Below, piece after piece: positions 28,727 to 38,463 of a stretch of 64,000 bases of DNA. This DNA is from an uncultured Actinomycetes bacterium. GTDB lineage: Bacteria; Actinomycetota; Thermoleophilia; UBA2241. The notes below the pieces were generated by a model. The model was not told where the DNA came from. It saw nothing but the letters and a program-made list of their open reading frames with translations, and did no database searches. The position numbers and the translations under genes were made by a program. Numbering within the stretch: the stretch's first letter is position 1; the number at the start of each line of letters is the position of its first letter. The stretch spans positions 160,001 through 224,000 of the forward strand of contig CAVYCN010000004.1 in the NCBI GenBank assembly GCA_963767005.1, written 5' to 3'.

Positions 28727-29569
28727 ATGCAATCGGTCTTGATGGCAGCCGCTCAGGCGGTCTCGCTGGACACTCCGTACGACTCAGTGTTCGTGCCGCT
28801 GGTCGACGACCTGGTCGACGCCCTCGCCGACGACGAGCCGGCCGCCTTCCTCAGGGCGGTCGAGGGCCGCTCCCGCCTGCTGGCCACCGAACGCTCCGTG
28901 CGCATGGCCGACGTCTTCGTCGCTCTGCAGCTCGGGCTCGGTGCGTTCCGCGGGGCGCTGTCGGGCGATTCGCCCGACGAGACGCTCGCCATGCGGCGGC
29001 TCGCGGCCATCGAGAGCGAGGTGCTGCTCCGCGCCGGGGTCGGCTTCTCGGAGGGGCTCGAGGCGACCGTCGACCACCTGAGTCGGGCGGTGACGACGCT
29101 GGCGCCGACCGACCCGGCTACCGGGCTCAGCAACGCGGCCGAGCTCGCCCGCCGCCTCGCCGTCGAGATCGAGCGCTGCCGCCGGACCGACGTTGGTCTG
29201 GGGGCCGTCCTCGTGGCCGTCGCGGCCGGCGCCGAGGCTCGCAGCCCGGGCGCCGACGACCTCGTCGCGCTCGTCGCCGACTCGGGCCGGCTGCTCGCCG
29301 CGGGGCTGCGACGCTACGACGTCGCGGGCCGCCTGGGCGATCTCGAGTTCCTCGCCGTGCTGCCCGACGTGAGCCGGCGCGGCGTGCAGGCAGTCGTCGA
29401 GCGCCTGCGGCGCGAGCTGCCGCGGGGATGCTCGTCGCGGCAGAGGGTCGCGTTCCGCTTCGTGGCCACGCACCTCGACGTGGTCGACGTGAACGCCGAC
29501 GACCTGCTCGCCCAGCTCGCTACGGCCCCGGCGGCGGATCCGGGCCGAGACGGGGTCGTCTGGCTCTGA
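28727..29569 (+). CDS. Degenerate GGDEF-domain protein
   Basis: TDPATGLSN and DVAGRLGDLEFLAVLP (GDLEF in place of GGDEF); AGGAG upstream. Confidence 0.75.
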   Translation: MQSVLMAAAQAVSLDTPYDSVFVPLVDDLVDALADDEPAAFLRAVEGRSRLLATERSVRMADVFVALQLGLGAFRGALSGDSPDETLAMRRLAAIESEVLLRAGVGFSEGLEATVDHLSRAVTTLAPTDPATGLSNAAELARRLAVEIERCRRTDVGLGAVLVAVAAGAEARSPGADDLVALVADSGRLLAAGLRRYDVAGRLGDLEFLAVLPDVSRRGVQAVVERLRRELPRGCSSRQRVAFRFVATHLDVVDVNADDLLAQLATAPAADPGRDGVVWL

Positions 29570-29590
29570 CCGCCTTCGGCGGCCGGCAGG

Positions 29591-30031
29591 TCAGCCCGGC
29601 TCGGCGGTCCCCGCGGCGCGTAGCGTGAGCGCCTTGCGTACCATCTCGCGCTCGTTCGGATAGGTCATGCGGTCGAGTGCGCGGTCGACGTCGAACCAGG
29701 CTGCCTCGGCCACCTCGTGGTCGTGCTGCGACGTGTCGCCGCCGACGAAGCGCACCAGGAAGAAGTGGACGACCTTGTGGATGCGCACGTGGTCGTCGCG
29801 CGAGAAGAACCAGTACTCGATGCTGCCGAGGTCGTCGTCGATCACGCCGTCGAGGCCGGTCTCCTCGCGGATCTCGCGCAGGGCGGCCACCTCGTGGGTC
29901 TCGCCGGGCTCGACCCAGCCCTTGGGCAGGGTCCAGACGTTGCGCGCCGCGGGGCGGATCAGGCAGAGCTCCAGCGGGTCGCCGGGACGCGTGACGATGC
30001 CCCCCGCCGACACCTGCTGCCTGACCTCCAT
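29591..30031 (-). CDS. NUDIX hydrolase
   Basis: LPKGWVEPGETHEVAALREIREETG Nudix box. Confidence 0.92.
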   Translation of the reverse strand: MEVRQQVSAGGIVTRPGDPLELCLIRPAARNVWTLPKGWVEPGETHEVAALREIREETGLDGVIDDDLGSIEYWFFSRDDHVRIHKVVHFFLVRFVGGDTSQHDHEVAEAAWFDVDRALDRMTYPNEREMVRKALTLRAAGTAEPG

Positions 30032-30052
30032 GCGCTCCCCCCGCCCACGAAC

Positions 30053-30248
30053 GCCACTCCGTTGCGCACCTAGTCCGTCGAGCGACTTCGTCGTCGCCGC
30101 TCAGGCTGGCGCCACTCCGTTGCGCGCCTAGTCCGTCGAGCGACTTCGTCGTCGCCGCTCAGGCTGGCGCCACTCCGTTGCGCGCCTAGTCCGTCGAGCG
30201 ACTTCGTCGTCGCCGCTCAGGCTGGCGCCACTCCGTTGCGCGCCTAGT
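30053..30248. repeat. 58-bp tandem repeat, about 3.4 copies
   Basis: Unit GCCACTCCGTTGCGCGCCTAGTCCGTCGAGCGACTTCGTCGTCGCCGCTCAGGCTGGC starting at 30053, 30111 and 30169, partial copy at 30227-30248; one mismatch in copy 1. Confidence 0.95.
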
Positions 30249-30292
30249 ATATCCTTGGGCGCCCGGAAAGCCGTGGCCCGACGTCGGGGGAG

Positions 30293-32602
30293 GTGCGTCC
30301 GTTGTTTGCCGCGATCGGCAGGTTCTCGTACCGGTTCCGCTGGGCGGTGATCGCCGTCTGGGTCGCGGCGTTCCTGCTCGGGCTGGTGGCGGTGCCGCAC
30401 CTGCACGGCGAGCTCAAGGGCGGCGGCTTCTCGAACGCCCGAGCGCCCGCCCAGCGCGCCCTCGACCTCATGCACGCGCGGCTCCACACCGGGCTCGCCA
30501 GCGTCCAGATCGTCTTCACCAGCCCGACGCTCGACGCCGCCGGGGCGCGCTTCCAGGCGGCCGAAGCCCGGACGCTCGCCGGCGTGACACCGGCGGCGGT
30601 GCCCGGCCTGCAGACGATCGACACGTACGCCTCGAGCGGCGACCGCACGCTCCTGTCGAGCGACCGCCGGGCGTCGCTTGCCACCCTGGTCTTCTCGACG
30701 CAGATCGAGCAGGCTCAGCAGCAGGTCGATCGCATCCGGTCACTGCTGCGGCCGGCCGGCCTGCGCGCCTACGTCACCGGCGACCCCGCCGTCTACCAGG
30801 CGCTCGAGACGGTCTCGGCGAGCGACCTGCGGCGCGCCGAGACCTACGCGCTGCCGTTCGCCCTGGTCGTGCTCGTGATCGTGTTCGGCAGCGTGGTGGC
30901 GGCCGCCCTTCCGGTGATCGGCGGCGGCTTTGCCGTCACTGTGACGCTCGGCCTGCTGTACGTGCTCGCGGGGCGCTTCAGCCTGTCGATCTTCACGATG
31001 AACACGGCGTCGCTGCTGGGGCTCGCCGTGGGCATCGACTACGCCCTGTTCATCGTCGGGCGCTTTCGCGAGGAGCTCGGCCGCGGCCGGAGCGTCGGCA
31101 CCGCCGTCGAGATCACCGTGACCAGCGCCGGCCGTGCCATCTTCTTCAGCGGCATCGCCGTCATGGTCGGGCTCTCCGGCCTCCTGCTGTTCTCGTACAT
31201 GTCGCTGCGCTCGATCGGCGTGGGCGGCGCCATCGTCGTGGCCTTCTCAGTGCTGTCGGCCCTCACGCTGCTGCCGGCCGTGCTCGGCGTGCTGGGCCGA
31301 CGCGTCGACGCGCTGCGCCTCTTCGGCCGCCGCGGCGGTGAGAGCCGGTTCTGGCACGCCTGGGCGGGCTGGGTGATGGACCATCCCGTCGTGGTGCTGA
31401 TCGGGACCATCGCTGTGATCGCCGTCTTCGCCGGGCCCCTCCTGCGCATCCGCACGAACGTGCCGACGGCCACCTCGCTGCCCACTTCCCAGGAGGCCCG
31501 TCAGGGCTACGACCTCATCCAGAGCCGCTTCGACCGTGGCGCGCTCAACCCCGTCGAGGTGCTCGTCACCTGGGACGGCGCGGGTCCGGCCGACCCCACC
31601 GCGGCGCGCAACCTGGCCGTGCTGTACGACCTCGGGCAACGGCTCGCGCGGCTGTCCGACGTCGAGGGCGTGACAAGCATCGTCAACCGGCCGGGGATCG
31701 GTTCGGCTGCGGCCGCGCGGGCGTTCTGGGTCACCGTGGCGCGGTCGGACCTGACCGCGCCGGGCGCAGGCACGCAGGCGGCGGCGACCGGCGCCGCGGG
31801 CGCCGCGCCCTCGACTCGGGCGCTCGCCGCCGCCCGCGGGCAGCTCGCCGCGACGACGGCGCGCGACACCGTGCTGTTCCAGGTGGCGCCGCGCAGCGAC
31901 CCGAGCGGCGGCTCCGCCCAGGCGCTGTCGCAGACGATCAAGACGCTGACCTTGCCGCCCGGCTACACCGTGCACGTCGCCGGGCTGTCGGCCGGGACGC
32001 GCGACTTCCTGTCCGCCCTCTACGGCCGTTTTCCGTGGGTGATCCTGTTCGTGGTGTGCGTCACCTACGTCGTGCTCTTGCTGCTGCTGCGCAGCGCCTG
32101 GCTGCCGCTCAAGGCGGTGCTCGTGAACAGCCTCTCGATCATGGCGAGCTTCGGGGCCCTCGTCTTCGTCTTCCAGCAGGGCCACCTCTCCGGCGTGCTT
32201 TCGTTCGTGCCCGAGGGCTACGTCGACGCCACGCTGCCGGTGATCATGTTCTGTACGCTCTTCGGCGTGTCGATGGACTACGAGGTGTTCCTGCTCACGC
32301 GCATGCGCGAGGCCTGGCTCGAGACGCACGACAATCGTCGGGCGGTCGCATTCGGCCTCGAGCGGACCGGCCGCATCATCACGAGCGCCGCCCTGATCAT
32401 CGTGATCGTGGCCGGCTCGTTCGCCACGACCAGCATCCTCATCACCAAGGCGATCGGCGTCGGCCTCGCTGTGGCCATCGCCCTCGACGCGACCATCATC
32501 CGTATCCTGCTCGTGCCGGCCACCATGCGCCTCGTGGGCGGGATCAACTGGTGGCTGCCCTCATCCCTCGACCGCGCGCTGCCGAAAATAGGAGAAGGGT
32601 AG
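30293..32602 (+). CDS. MMPL/RND-family transporter
   Basis: GLAVGIDYALFIVGRFREE and FGVSMDYEVFLLTRMRE, TGRIITSAALI, DATIIRILLVPATM. Confidence 0.92.
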   Translation: MRPLFAAIGRFSYRFRWAVIAVWVAAFLLGLVAVPHLHGELKGGGFSNARAPAQRALDLMHARLHTGLASVQIVFTSPTLDAAGARFQAAEARTLAGVTPAAVPGLQTIDTYASSGDRTLLSSDRRASLATLVFSTQIEQAQQQVDRIRSLLRPAGLRAYVTGDPAVYQALETVSASDLRRAETYALPFALVVLVIVFGSVVAAALPVIGGGFAVTVTLGLLYVLAGRFSLSIFTMNTASLLGLAVGIDYALFIVGRFREELGRGRSVGTAVEITVTSAGRAIFFSGIAVMVGLSGLLLFSYMSLRSIGVGGAIVVAFSVLSALTLLPAVLGVLGRRVDALRLFGRRGGESRFWHAWAGWVMDHPVVVLIGTIAVIAVFAGPLLRIRTNVPTATSLPTSQEARQGYDLIQSRFDRGALNPVEVLVTWDGAGPADPTAARNLAVLYDLGQRLARLSDVEGVTSIVNRPGIGSAAAARAFWVTVARSDLTAPGAGTQAAATGAAGAAPSTRALAAARGQLAATTARDTVLFQVAPRSDPSGGSAQALSQTIKTLTLPPGYTVHVAGLSAGTRDFLSALYGRFPWVILFVVCVTYVVLLLLLRSAWLPLKAVLVNSLSIMASFGALVFVFQQGHLSGVLSFVPEGYVDATLPVIMFCTLFGVSMDYEVFLLTRMREAWLETHDNRRAVAFGLERTGRIITSAALIIVIVAGSFATTSILITKAIGVGLAVAIALDATIIRILLVPATMRLVGGINWWLPSSLDRALPKIGEG

Positions 32603-32666
32603 CGGCGCTGCCAGCGGCGCCGTGCGGGCTCGAGGGAGGATCGTCGTAGGCGCGTCACGGACGGAG

Positions 32667-34064
32667 ATGTTCGAAGCCCTGCGCGAGCGGGACTTTCGCC
32701 TGCTGTTCACCGGCCAGGCGGTCTCGCTGATCGGCAGCGCGATCACGACGGTCGCGCTCGCCTTCGCGGTGCTCGACATCAGCCACCACTACAACGTCGA
32801 CTATGGCCTTGTGATGGCCGCGGGGCTCGTGCCGCTGCTCGCGTTCCTGCTGGTGGGCGGGGTATGGGCCGACCGCCTGCCGCGCCAGTGGGTCATGCTC
32901 GTCTCCGACGTCGTGCGCTTCGTCTGCCAGGCGATCATGGCCTGGCTGCTCATCACGCATCGGGCGACCATCTGGGAGCTCGTCGTGCTGCAGTTCGTGC
33001 GTGGCTCCGCCGAGGCCTTCTTCCGCCCTGCCCAGACCGGCCTCGTGCCGCAGACCGTGAGCCCCGGCCGCCTCCAGCAGGCCAACGCGCTGCGCGGCCT
33101 CACCGACAGCATGGGCGTGACGCTCGGCGCCGCCCTGGGCGGCGTGCTCGTCGCGGCCATCGGATCGGGCTGGGCGATCGGTCTCGACAGCGCGTCCTAC
33201 CTGGTGAGCGCCGCCTTCCTGTGGGGCCTGCGCGGCCTCGCACCGGTCGGCCGCGGCCAGACGGCCGCGACGCCGGCCGTCGGGGCCGCCGACTTCGCCG
33301 AGGCCACGTTCGAGAGCGCCGGGAGCGCCGCGGCCGCGTTCGCCGCGCAGAAGCCGGCCGCGACGCCGGCGGGTGGTTTCCTGGGCGAGCTGCTCGACGG
33401 CTGGCAGGAGTTCCGCTCACGGACCTGGCTGTGGGTCATGGTCTCCGAGGCCGCCGTGTTCCACATGCTGATCATCGCCCCCCTCATGGTGCTCGGCCCG
33501 TCGATCGCCAAGCACGCCCTGGGCGGCGCGATGGCGTGGGGCGCCATCCTTGCGGCCTTCGGCGTCGGGCAGATCGCCGGCGGGGCGGCGGGCCTGCGGC
33601 TGCGCCCCGCCCGCCCGCTGCTGCTCTGCGGCTGGCTCACCCTGCTCGAAGCGCCGTTCTTCGCCTTCTTCGCCCTCGGCTACGGCCTCAGGCCGCTCGT
33701 CGTCGCGGGCGCCGTCTGCGGCGTCTCCGCCGCCCTGGTCAACGTGCTCTGGGAGACGACACTGCAGGAGCAGATCCCGCCCGAGGTGCTGTCGCGGGTC
33801 TCGGCCTTCGACCTGATGGGCTCGCTCGCCTTCTACCCGCTCGGCACGCTGATCGTGGCGCCGATCGCCTTCGTCATCGGCGTCGGCGGATCGTTTGCGG
33901 TGGCCTGCGGGACGACTATCGGCTCGGGCTTGCTGCAGATCGCGCTGCCCGACATCAGGGGTGTGCGCTGCTGGCCGCACCCACCTGTGCACCGCGCGCC
34001 GCGCGCCGCCGCGCAGCCCGCTCCCGGCACCGCCGCCGGCTCCTCGGGCGCGCCGCTCGCCTGA
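32667..34064 (+). CDS. MFS transporter (DHA3/macrolide-efflux-like)
   Basis: RDFRLLFTGQAVS, GGVWADRLPRQWVM, about 12 TMs. Confidence 0.88.
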   Translation: MFEALRERDFRLLFTGQAVSLIGSAITTVALAFAVLDISHHYNVDYGLVMAAGLVPLLAFLLVGGVWADRLPRQWVMLVSDVVRFVCQAIMAWLLITHRATIWELVVLQFVRGSAEAFFRPAQTGLVPQTVSPGRLQQANALRGLTDSMGVTLGAALGGVLVAAIGSGWAIGLDSASYLVSAAFLWGLRGLAPVGRGQTAATPAVGAADFAEATFESAGSAAAAFAAQKPAATPAGGFLGELLDGWQEFRSRTWLWVMVSEAAVFHMLIIAPLMVLGPSIAKHALGGAMAWGAILAAFGVGQIAGGAAGLRLRPARPLLLCGWLTLLEAPFFAFFALGYGLRPLVVAGAVCGVSAALVNVLWETTLQEQIPPEVLSRVSAFDLMGSLAFYPLGTLIVAPIAFVIGVGGSFAVACGTTIGSGLLQIALPDIRGVRCWPHPPVHRAPRAAAQPAPGTAAGSSGAPLA

Positions 34065-34068
34065 CGGC

Positions 34069-35892
34069 CTATACCGGCCGGCCGGTCTCCTCCCACTCGC
34101 GATACAGCGCCGAGTAGCGCCCCCCGGCGAGCACGAGCTCGTCGTGACTGCCGCGCTCGACGATGCGCCCGTCCTCGATCACCAGGATCTGGTCGGCGTA
34201 GCGCACGGTGCTCAGGCGGTGCGCGACGACAACCGATGTGCGCCCGCTGAAGAGCACGTCCATGGCTCGCGCGATGCGCTGCTCGCTCTCGGCGTCGACG
34301 CTCGAGGTCGCCTCGTCCAGGATCAGCACGCGTGGGTCGGCGAGCAGGGCGCGCGCGAACGAAAGGAGCTGGCGCTGTCCGGTCGAGAGTGCGCTGCCGC
34401 CCTCCTGGACGTCGGTGTCGTAGCCGTCGGGCAGGCTCTCGACGAAGTCGTGCACGCCGACGATGCGAGCGATGCGCTGCACCTCTTCGAGGCTCGCGCT
34501 GGGGCGCCCGAAGCGGATGTTGTCGAGGATCGAGCCGGTGAACAGGAACGCTTCCTGGGGCACCACCGCGAGCTGCTCGCGCAGCGAGCGGGTCGTCACC
34601 TTGCGCAGGTCGTGGCCGTCGATGCGCACGGCGCCCCGGCCGGGGTCGTAAAAGCGCGCCAGCAGCTTGATGATGGTCGACTTGCCGGCGCCGGTCGTGC
34701 CGACCAGGGCGACGGTGCCGCCCGGCGCGATCTCGAAGTCGATGTCGTGCAGCACGTCGCCGGCGCCGTAGCCGAAGCTCACGTGATCGAACTCGACGCG
34801 GCCGTGGACGTCGGGCAGCGGCCGCGCGTCGGGCGCGTCGGAGAGGTCGGGCTCGGTGTCGAGCACGGCGTAGATCTTCTGCACGGCCGCCATCGACGAC
34901 TGGAACGTGTTGTAGAGCTGCGAGAGCTGCTGGACCGGGTCGAAGAAGCTCGCCAGATAGCCGATGAAGGCGACCAGCACGCCCACCTGGATGGCACCCC
35001 CGGTGACCAGGGTGCCGCCGTACCAGAGCACGATCACGATGCCCACCGCCGACATGAGCTCGACGAACGGGAAGTAGAGGCCGCTCTGCACCACCGTCTG
35101 CATGTTGGCGTCGCGGTAGGCGGCGTTCACGGCGACCTGGGTCGTGGTGTCGCGCCCCTCGGCGCGGAAAGCCTTGAGCACGCGCATGCCCGAGATCGAT
35201 TCCTGCAGGTGGGCCGAGACGTCGCCGATGCGGTTGCGCACGAGGGCGTACGACCGTGCCGACCGGGTGCGGAACATGAGCGTGGCGACCAGCAACAGCG
35301 GCATGATGGCGAGGGTGGCGAGCGCCAGGCGCCAGTCGAGCACGAACAGCAGGACGGCGGCCCCCACGATCGTCAGGCCGTTGGTGACGAGCGAGGTGAC
35401 GCCGTCGGTGACGAGCTGGTCGAGGGCGTCGATGTCGTTGGTCATGCGCGAGACGATCCAGCCGGTGCGCTGCCGGCTGAAGAAGTCGAGCGAGAGCTTC
35501 TGGATGTGGGCGAAGACGCTGCGCCGCAGATCGAGGATCAGGCGCTCGCCGACCCAGCTCACCAGGTAGGTCTGCACGTAGCTGGCTCCCAGGTTGACAA
35601 GGTTGACGGCGAGAAAGGCGACGATCACGAGGTCGAGGACGTGCAGGTCGTGCTTCGAGATGCCGGAGTCGATGGCGATCGCGACGAGATAGGGCGTCGC
35701 CAGGCCGGTGACCGTGACTACGATCATGGCAACGATCGACAGCGCCGCCCGCCAGCGGTAGGGGTAGGCGAGGCGCGCGAGGCGGGCGAGCTTGAGCTCG
35801 CGCGCCAGGTGCACGAACGCCCTCCAGCCACGGAACTCGTGCAGGTCCGCGCCGCTGCCGTGAGGACCCGACTGTCGCGACGTCCAGGCCAT
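34069..35892 (-). CDS. ABC exporter TMD-NBD half transporter (subunit 2)
   Basis: GTTGAGKST, LSTGQRQ, ILDEATS, AHRLST; ATG 35892 with upstream GGGGTGAG. Confidence 0.9.
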   Translation of the reverse strand: MAWTSRQSGPHGSGADLHEFRGWRAFVHLARELKLARLARLAYPYRWRAALSIVAMIVVTVTGLATPYLVAIAIDSGISKHDLHVLDLVIVAFLAVNLVNLGASYVQTYLVSWVGERLILDLRRSVFAHIQKLSLDFFSRQRTGWIVSRMTNDIDALDQLVTDGVTSLVTNGLTIVGAAVLLFVLDWRLALATLAIMPLLLVATLMFRTRSARSYALVRNRIGDVSAHLQESISGMRVLKAFRAEGRDTTTQVAVNAAYRDANMQTVVQSGLYFPFVELMSAVGIVIVLWYGGTLVTGGAIQVGVLVAFIGYLASFFDPVQQLSQLYNTFQSSMAAVQKIYAVLDTEPDLSDAPDARPLPDVHGRVEFDHVSFGYGAGDVLHDIDFEIAPGGTVALVGTTGAGKSTIIKLLARFYDPGRGAVRIDGHDLRKVTTRSLREQLAVVPQEAFLFTGSILDNIRFGRPSASLEEVQRIARIVGVHDFVESLPDGYDTDVQEGGSALSTGQRQLLSFARALLADPRVLILDEATSSVDAESEQRIARAMDVLFSGRTSVVVAHRLSTVRYADQILVIEDGRIVERGSHDELVLAGGRYSALYREWEETGRPV

Positions 35893-35894
35893 GG

Positions 35895-37730
35895 TCAGCT
35901 CACCCCGTCGGGTCGCGTCGTCGAGGCGCCGCGACGGCGGTCGGCGGGGGCGGGCCGGCGGAGCTCCGCCGGCCCGCCCCCGCCGACCGCCTCGACGTCG
36001 TCCAGGGTGGTGCCCTCGAGCTCGGCGGCGCCGAACATGCGCCGGTAGAGCGTGTCGGCGGCGATCAGCTCGCGATGCACGCCGCGCTCGACGATGCGCC
36101 CGTCGGCCAGCACCACGATCTCCTCGGCCAGCGAGATGGTCGAGGGGCGATGAGCGATGATGAACGTGGTGCGGCCCTTCATGACTTCCACGAGCGCCCG
36201 CCTGATCTTGAACTCCGTCTCCGAGTCGACGCTCGAGGTGGCGTCGTCGAGGATCAGGATCTGAGGGTCGACGACCAGCGCCCGGGCGATCGCGATGCGC
36301 TGGCGCTGCCCGCCCGACAGGGTCAGGCCGCGCTCGCCGACGACGGTCTCGTAGCCTTCGGGCAGGGCCTCGATGAACGAGGCGGCCTGGGCCCGCTCGG
36401 CCGCGTCGCGGACCCGCTCGTCGCTCGCGCCGGGGCGGCCGAAGCGGATGTTGTCGGCGACCGTGGTCGAGAACAGGAACGGATCCTGCGTGACGACCCC
36501 GATGTGACCGCGCAGGTCGGCCAGGCGCACGTCGCGCACGTCGTGGCCGTCGATCAGCACGCGGCCGGAGCCGGCGTCGTAGAAGCGCGGCACGAGATTG
36601 GTGAGCGTGGTCTTGCCGCAGCCGGTGTGGCCCACGAGGGCGACGGTGCGGCCGGCGGGCACCTCGAGGTCGATGTGCTCGAGCACCGGCCGGTCGACGT
36701 ACGAGAACGACACGTCCTCGAAACGCACCTCGCCCTTTGCGCTCGGCAGGGGCGCCGCGTCGGGGCGCTCGGTCATCTCGATCGGGGCATCGAGGATCTC
36801 GTAGACACGGGCGCCCGAGGCGATGGCCCGCTGCGCCAGGCCGGTGAGCCAGCCGATCACCTGGGCCGGGTAGATCAGCAGGATCAGATAGCTGTAGAAG
36901 GCGACGAGCGAACCGAGGCTGAGGCTGCCGTCGATCACTTGGCGGCCGCCGACGTAGAGCAGCACGACGATCGCCAGGCTGGGCAGGAAGCCGATCAGCG
37001 GGATGTAGAGCGCCCTGATGCGGGCGGCGCTCACCTCGGCCTCGAAGACGCGCGTGCTGCGGTCGGAGAACTTGGCGAGCTCGTCGTCTTCGCGGGCGAA
37101 GATGCGCACGATGCGCGAGCCCGTGACGTTCTCCTCGGCGGTCTCTGTGACGTCGGCGATCTTCTGCTGCACGTCGCGCAGGATGGGCTGCAGGCGCCGG
37201 CTGAAGCGCACGGTCGCGATCAGCAGCAGGGGCAGGAACGCGAGGCTGATCAGGGCGAGCTGCCAGTTCAGCACGAACATCAGCACCGTCACCGCCGCCA
37301 TCGAGAAGATGTTGGTGGTGAAGAAGATGAGGCCGTAGCCCAGGAACATGCGCACGTTCTGGATGTCGGCCATGGCGCGCGACATGAGCTGACCGGTGGG
37401 CCAGCGGTCGAAGTAGCCGAAGGGCTGCCGCAACAGGTGCGCCCACATCCGGTTGCGCAGCTCGTACTCGATGTCGAGGCTGATCTTGCCGGTCGAGAGG
37501 CGGCGCGCGACGGCGAAGCCGAAGCGCACGGCGCCTACGCCGAGCAGGGCGAGGCCGTACCACACGAGCAGGCCGGTCTTGCCGGGGACGATCGCCTTGT
37601 TGATGACGCCGCGCGTGAGCCAGGGGATGGTGAGCGTCGCGAGCGTCTGCAGCAGCGCCGTGGCGAAGCCCACGAACACGAGCCAGGGGTAGTCGGCGAG
37701 CAGCCGCGAGATGCGCCAGAAGGTCTTCAT
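35895..37730 (-). CDS. ABC exporter TMD-NBD half transporter (subunit 1, degenerate Walker B)
   Basis: GHTGCGKTT, LSGGQRQR, ILDDATS; with its neighbour forms a typical heterodimeric exporter. Confidence 0.9.
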   Translation of the reverse strand: MKTFWRISRLLADYPWLVFVGFATALLQTLATLTIPWLTRGVINKAIVPGKTGLLVWYGLALLGVGAVRFGFAVARRLSTGKISLDIEYELRNRMWAHLLRQPFGYFDRWPTGQLMSRAMADIQNVRMFLGYGLIFFTTNIFSMAAVTVLMFVLNWQLALISLAFLPLLLIATVRFSRRLQPILRDVQQKIADVTETAEENVTGSRIVRIFAREDDELAKFSDRSTRVFEAEVSAARIRALYIPLIGFLPSLAIVVLLYVGGRQVIDGSLSLGSLVAFYSYLILLIYPAQVIGWLTGLAQRAIASGARVYEILDAPIEMTERPDAAPLPSAKGEVRFEDVSFSYVDRPVLEHIDLEVPAGRTVALVGHTGCGKTTLTNLVPRFYDAGSGRVLIDGHDVRDVRLADLRGHIGVVTQDPFLFSTTVADNIRFGRPGASDERVRDAAERAQAASFIEALPEGYETVVGERGLTLSGGQRQRIAIARALVVDPQILILDDATSSVDSETEFKIRRALVEVMKGRTTFIIAHRPSTISLAEEIVVLADGRIVERGVHRELIAADTLYRRMFGAAELEGTTLDDVEAVGGGGPAELRRPAPADRRRGASTTRPDGVS

Positions 37731-37978
37731 CGGTAGGGGAAGCATACCCGGCGACAAACCGGGCCTGGGGGCGGGGCGGCTGCTCGAGTGCGGCCGGACG
37801 GGGCTCCGGCGGTGCGCTCCGCCGGTCGCCGGCCCCGGGTCTGGAGCGGAGCGGCGAGGCCATGGCTCTTGCCATCCGCCCTCTCGTCACGATCGAGCAG
37901 CTCGGGGCGCTCGGCATCGGCGTAACGCTTTGCCGGCGCTCGCCGTCAAGGGCTGATTAGGCCGCGTCTGGGAGGCAG

Positions 37979-38015
37979 TTGCAATCGATTCGCGCTTGCG
38001 ATAGCGTCGCGCTAT
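37979..38015 (+). promoter_or_regulatory. Promoter for a probably leaderless fur-family transcript, with overlapping inverted repeat
   Basis: TTGCAA (37979-84), 17 nt, TAGCGT (38002-07), ATG at 38014; ATAGCG-TCG-CGCTAT inverted repeat at 38001-38015. Confidence 0.6.
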
Positions 38016-38448
38016 GCACCACGCCCGCGAGACCCTTCGCAACGCCGGCTATCGCCTGACGCCGCAACGTGTGGCCGTCTGGGAGGCCGTGCGCCGCGGC
38101 GGTCGGCACCGCACCGCCGAAGAGATCGCCGCCGAGATCCAGCAGACCCTGCCCGAGGTCAACGTCTCCACCGTGTATCGCACGCTCGAGCTGCTCGTCG
38201 GTCTCGATCTCGTGCAGGAGACCCGCCTCGCGGGCCTGGCCACCTACTACGAGGTCGCCCCCGAGCCGGTGCATCACCACTACGTGTGCACGCGCTGCGG
38301 CAAGGTGGGCCACTTCGCCGATGCTCTGCTCGAGCCGGTGAGAAGGGAGCTGCTCGAAGCGGCCGACTTCAGCGTCAGCGAGGTCCGTCTCACTGTCTTC
38401 GGGCTGTGCCGTGAGTGTCAGGAGCAGGTCTCGGCGCCGCTCAACTAG
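38014..38448 (+). CDS. Fur-family metalloregulator
   Basis: GYRLTPQR, STVYRTLELL, HHHYVCTRCG, GLCREC. Confidence 0.92.
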   Translation: MHHARETLRNAGYRLTPQRVAVWEAVRRGGRHRTAEEIAAEIQQTLPEVNVSTVYRTLELLVGLDLVQETRLAGLATYYEVAPEPVHHHYVCTRCGKVGHFADALLEPVRRELLEAADFSVSEVRLTVFGLCRECQEQVSAPLN

Positions 38449-38463
38449 GAGGAGAGAGGATCT

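Noticed and set aside
30053-30248. CRISPR array
   Set aside because: Units are identical end to end with no unique spacers, and no cas genes are in the window
34069-37917. 1282-aa fused ABC transporter
   Set aside because: The N-terminal half is an Arg/Pro-rich off-frame reading of the upstream ABC gene; the real start is ATG 35892
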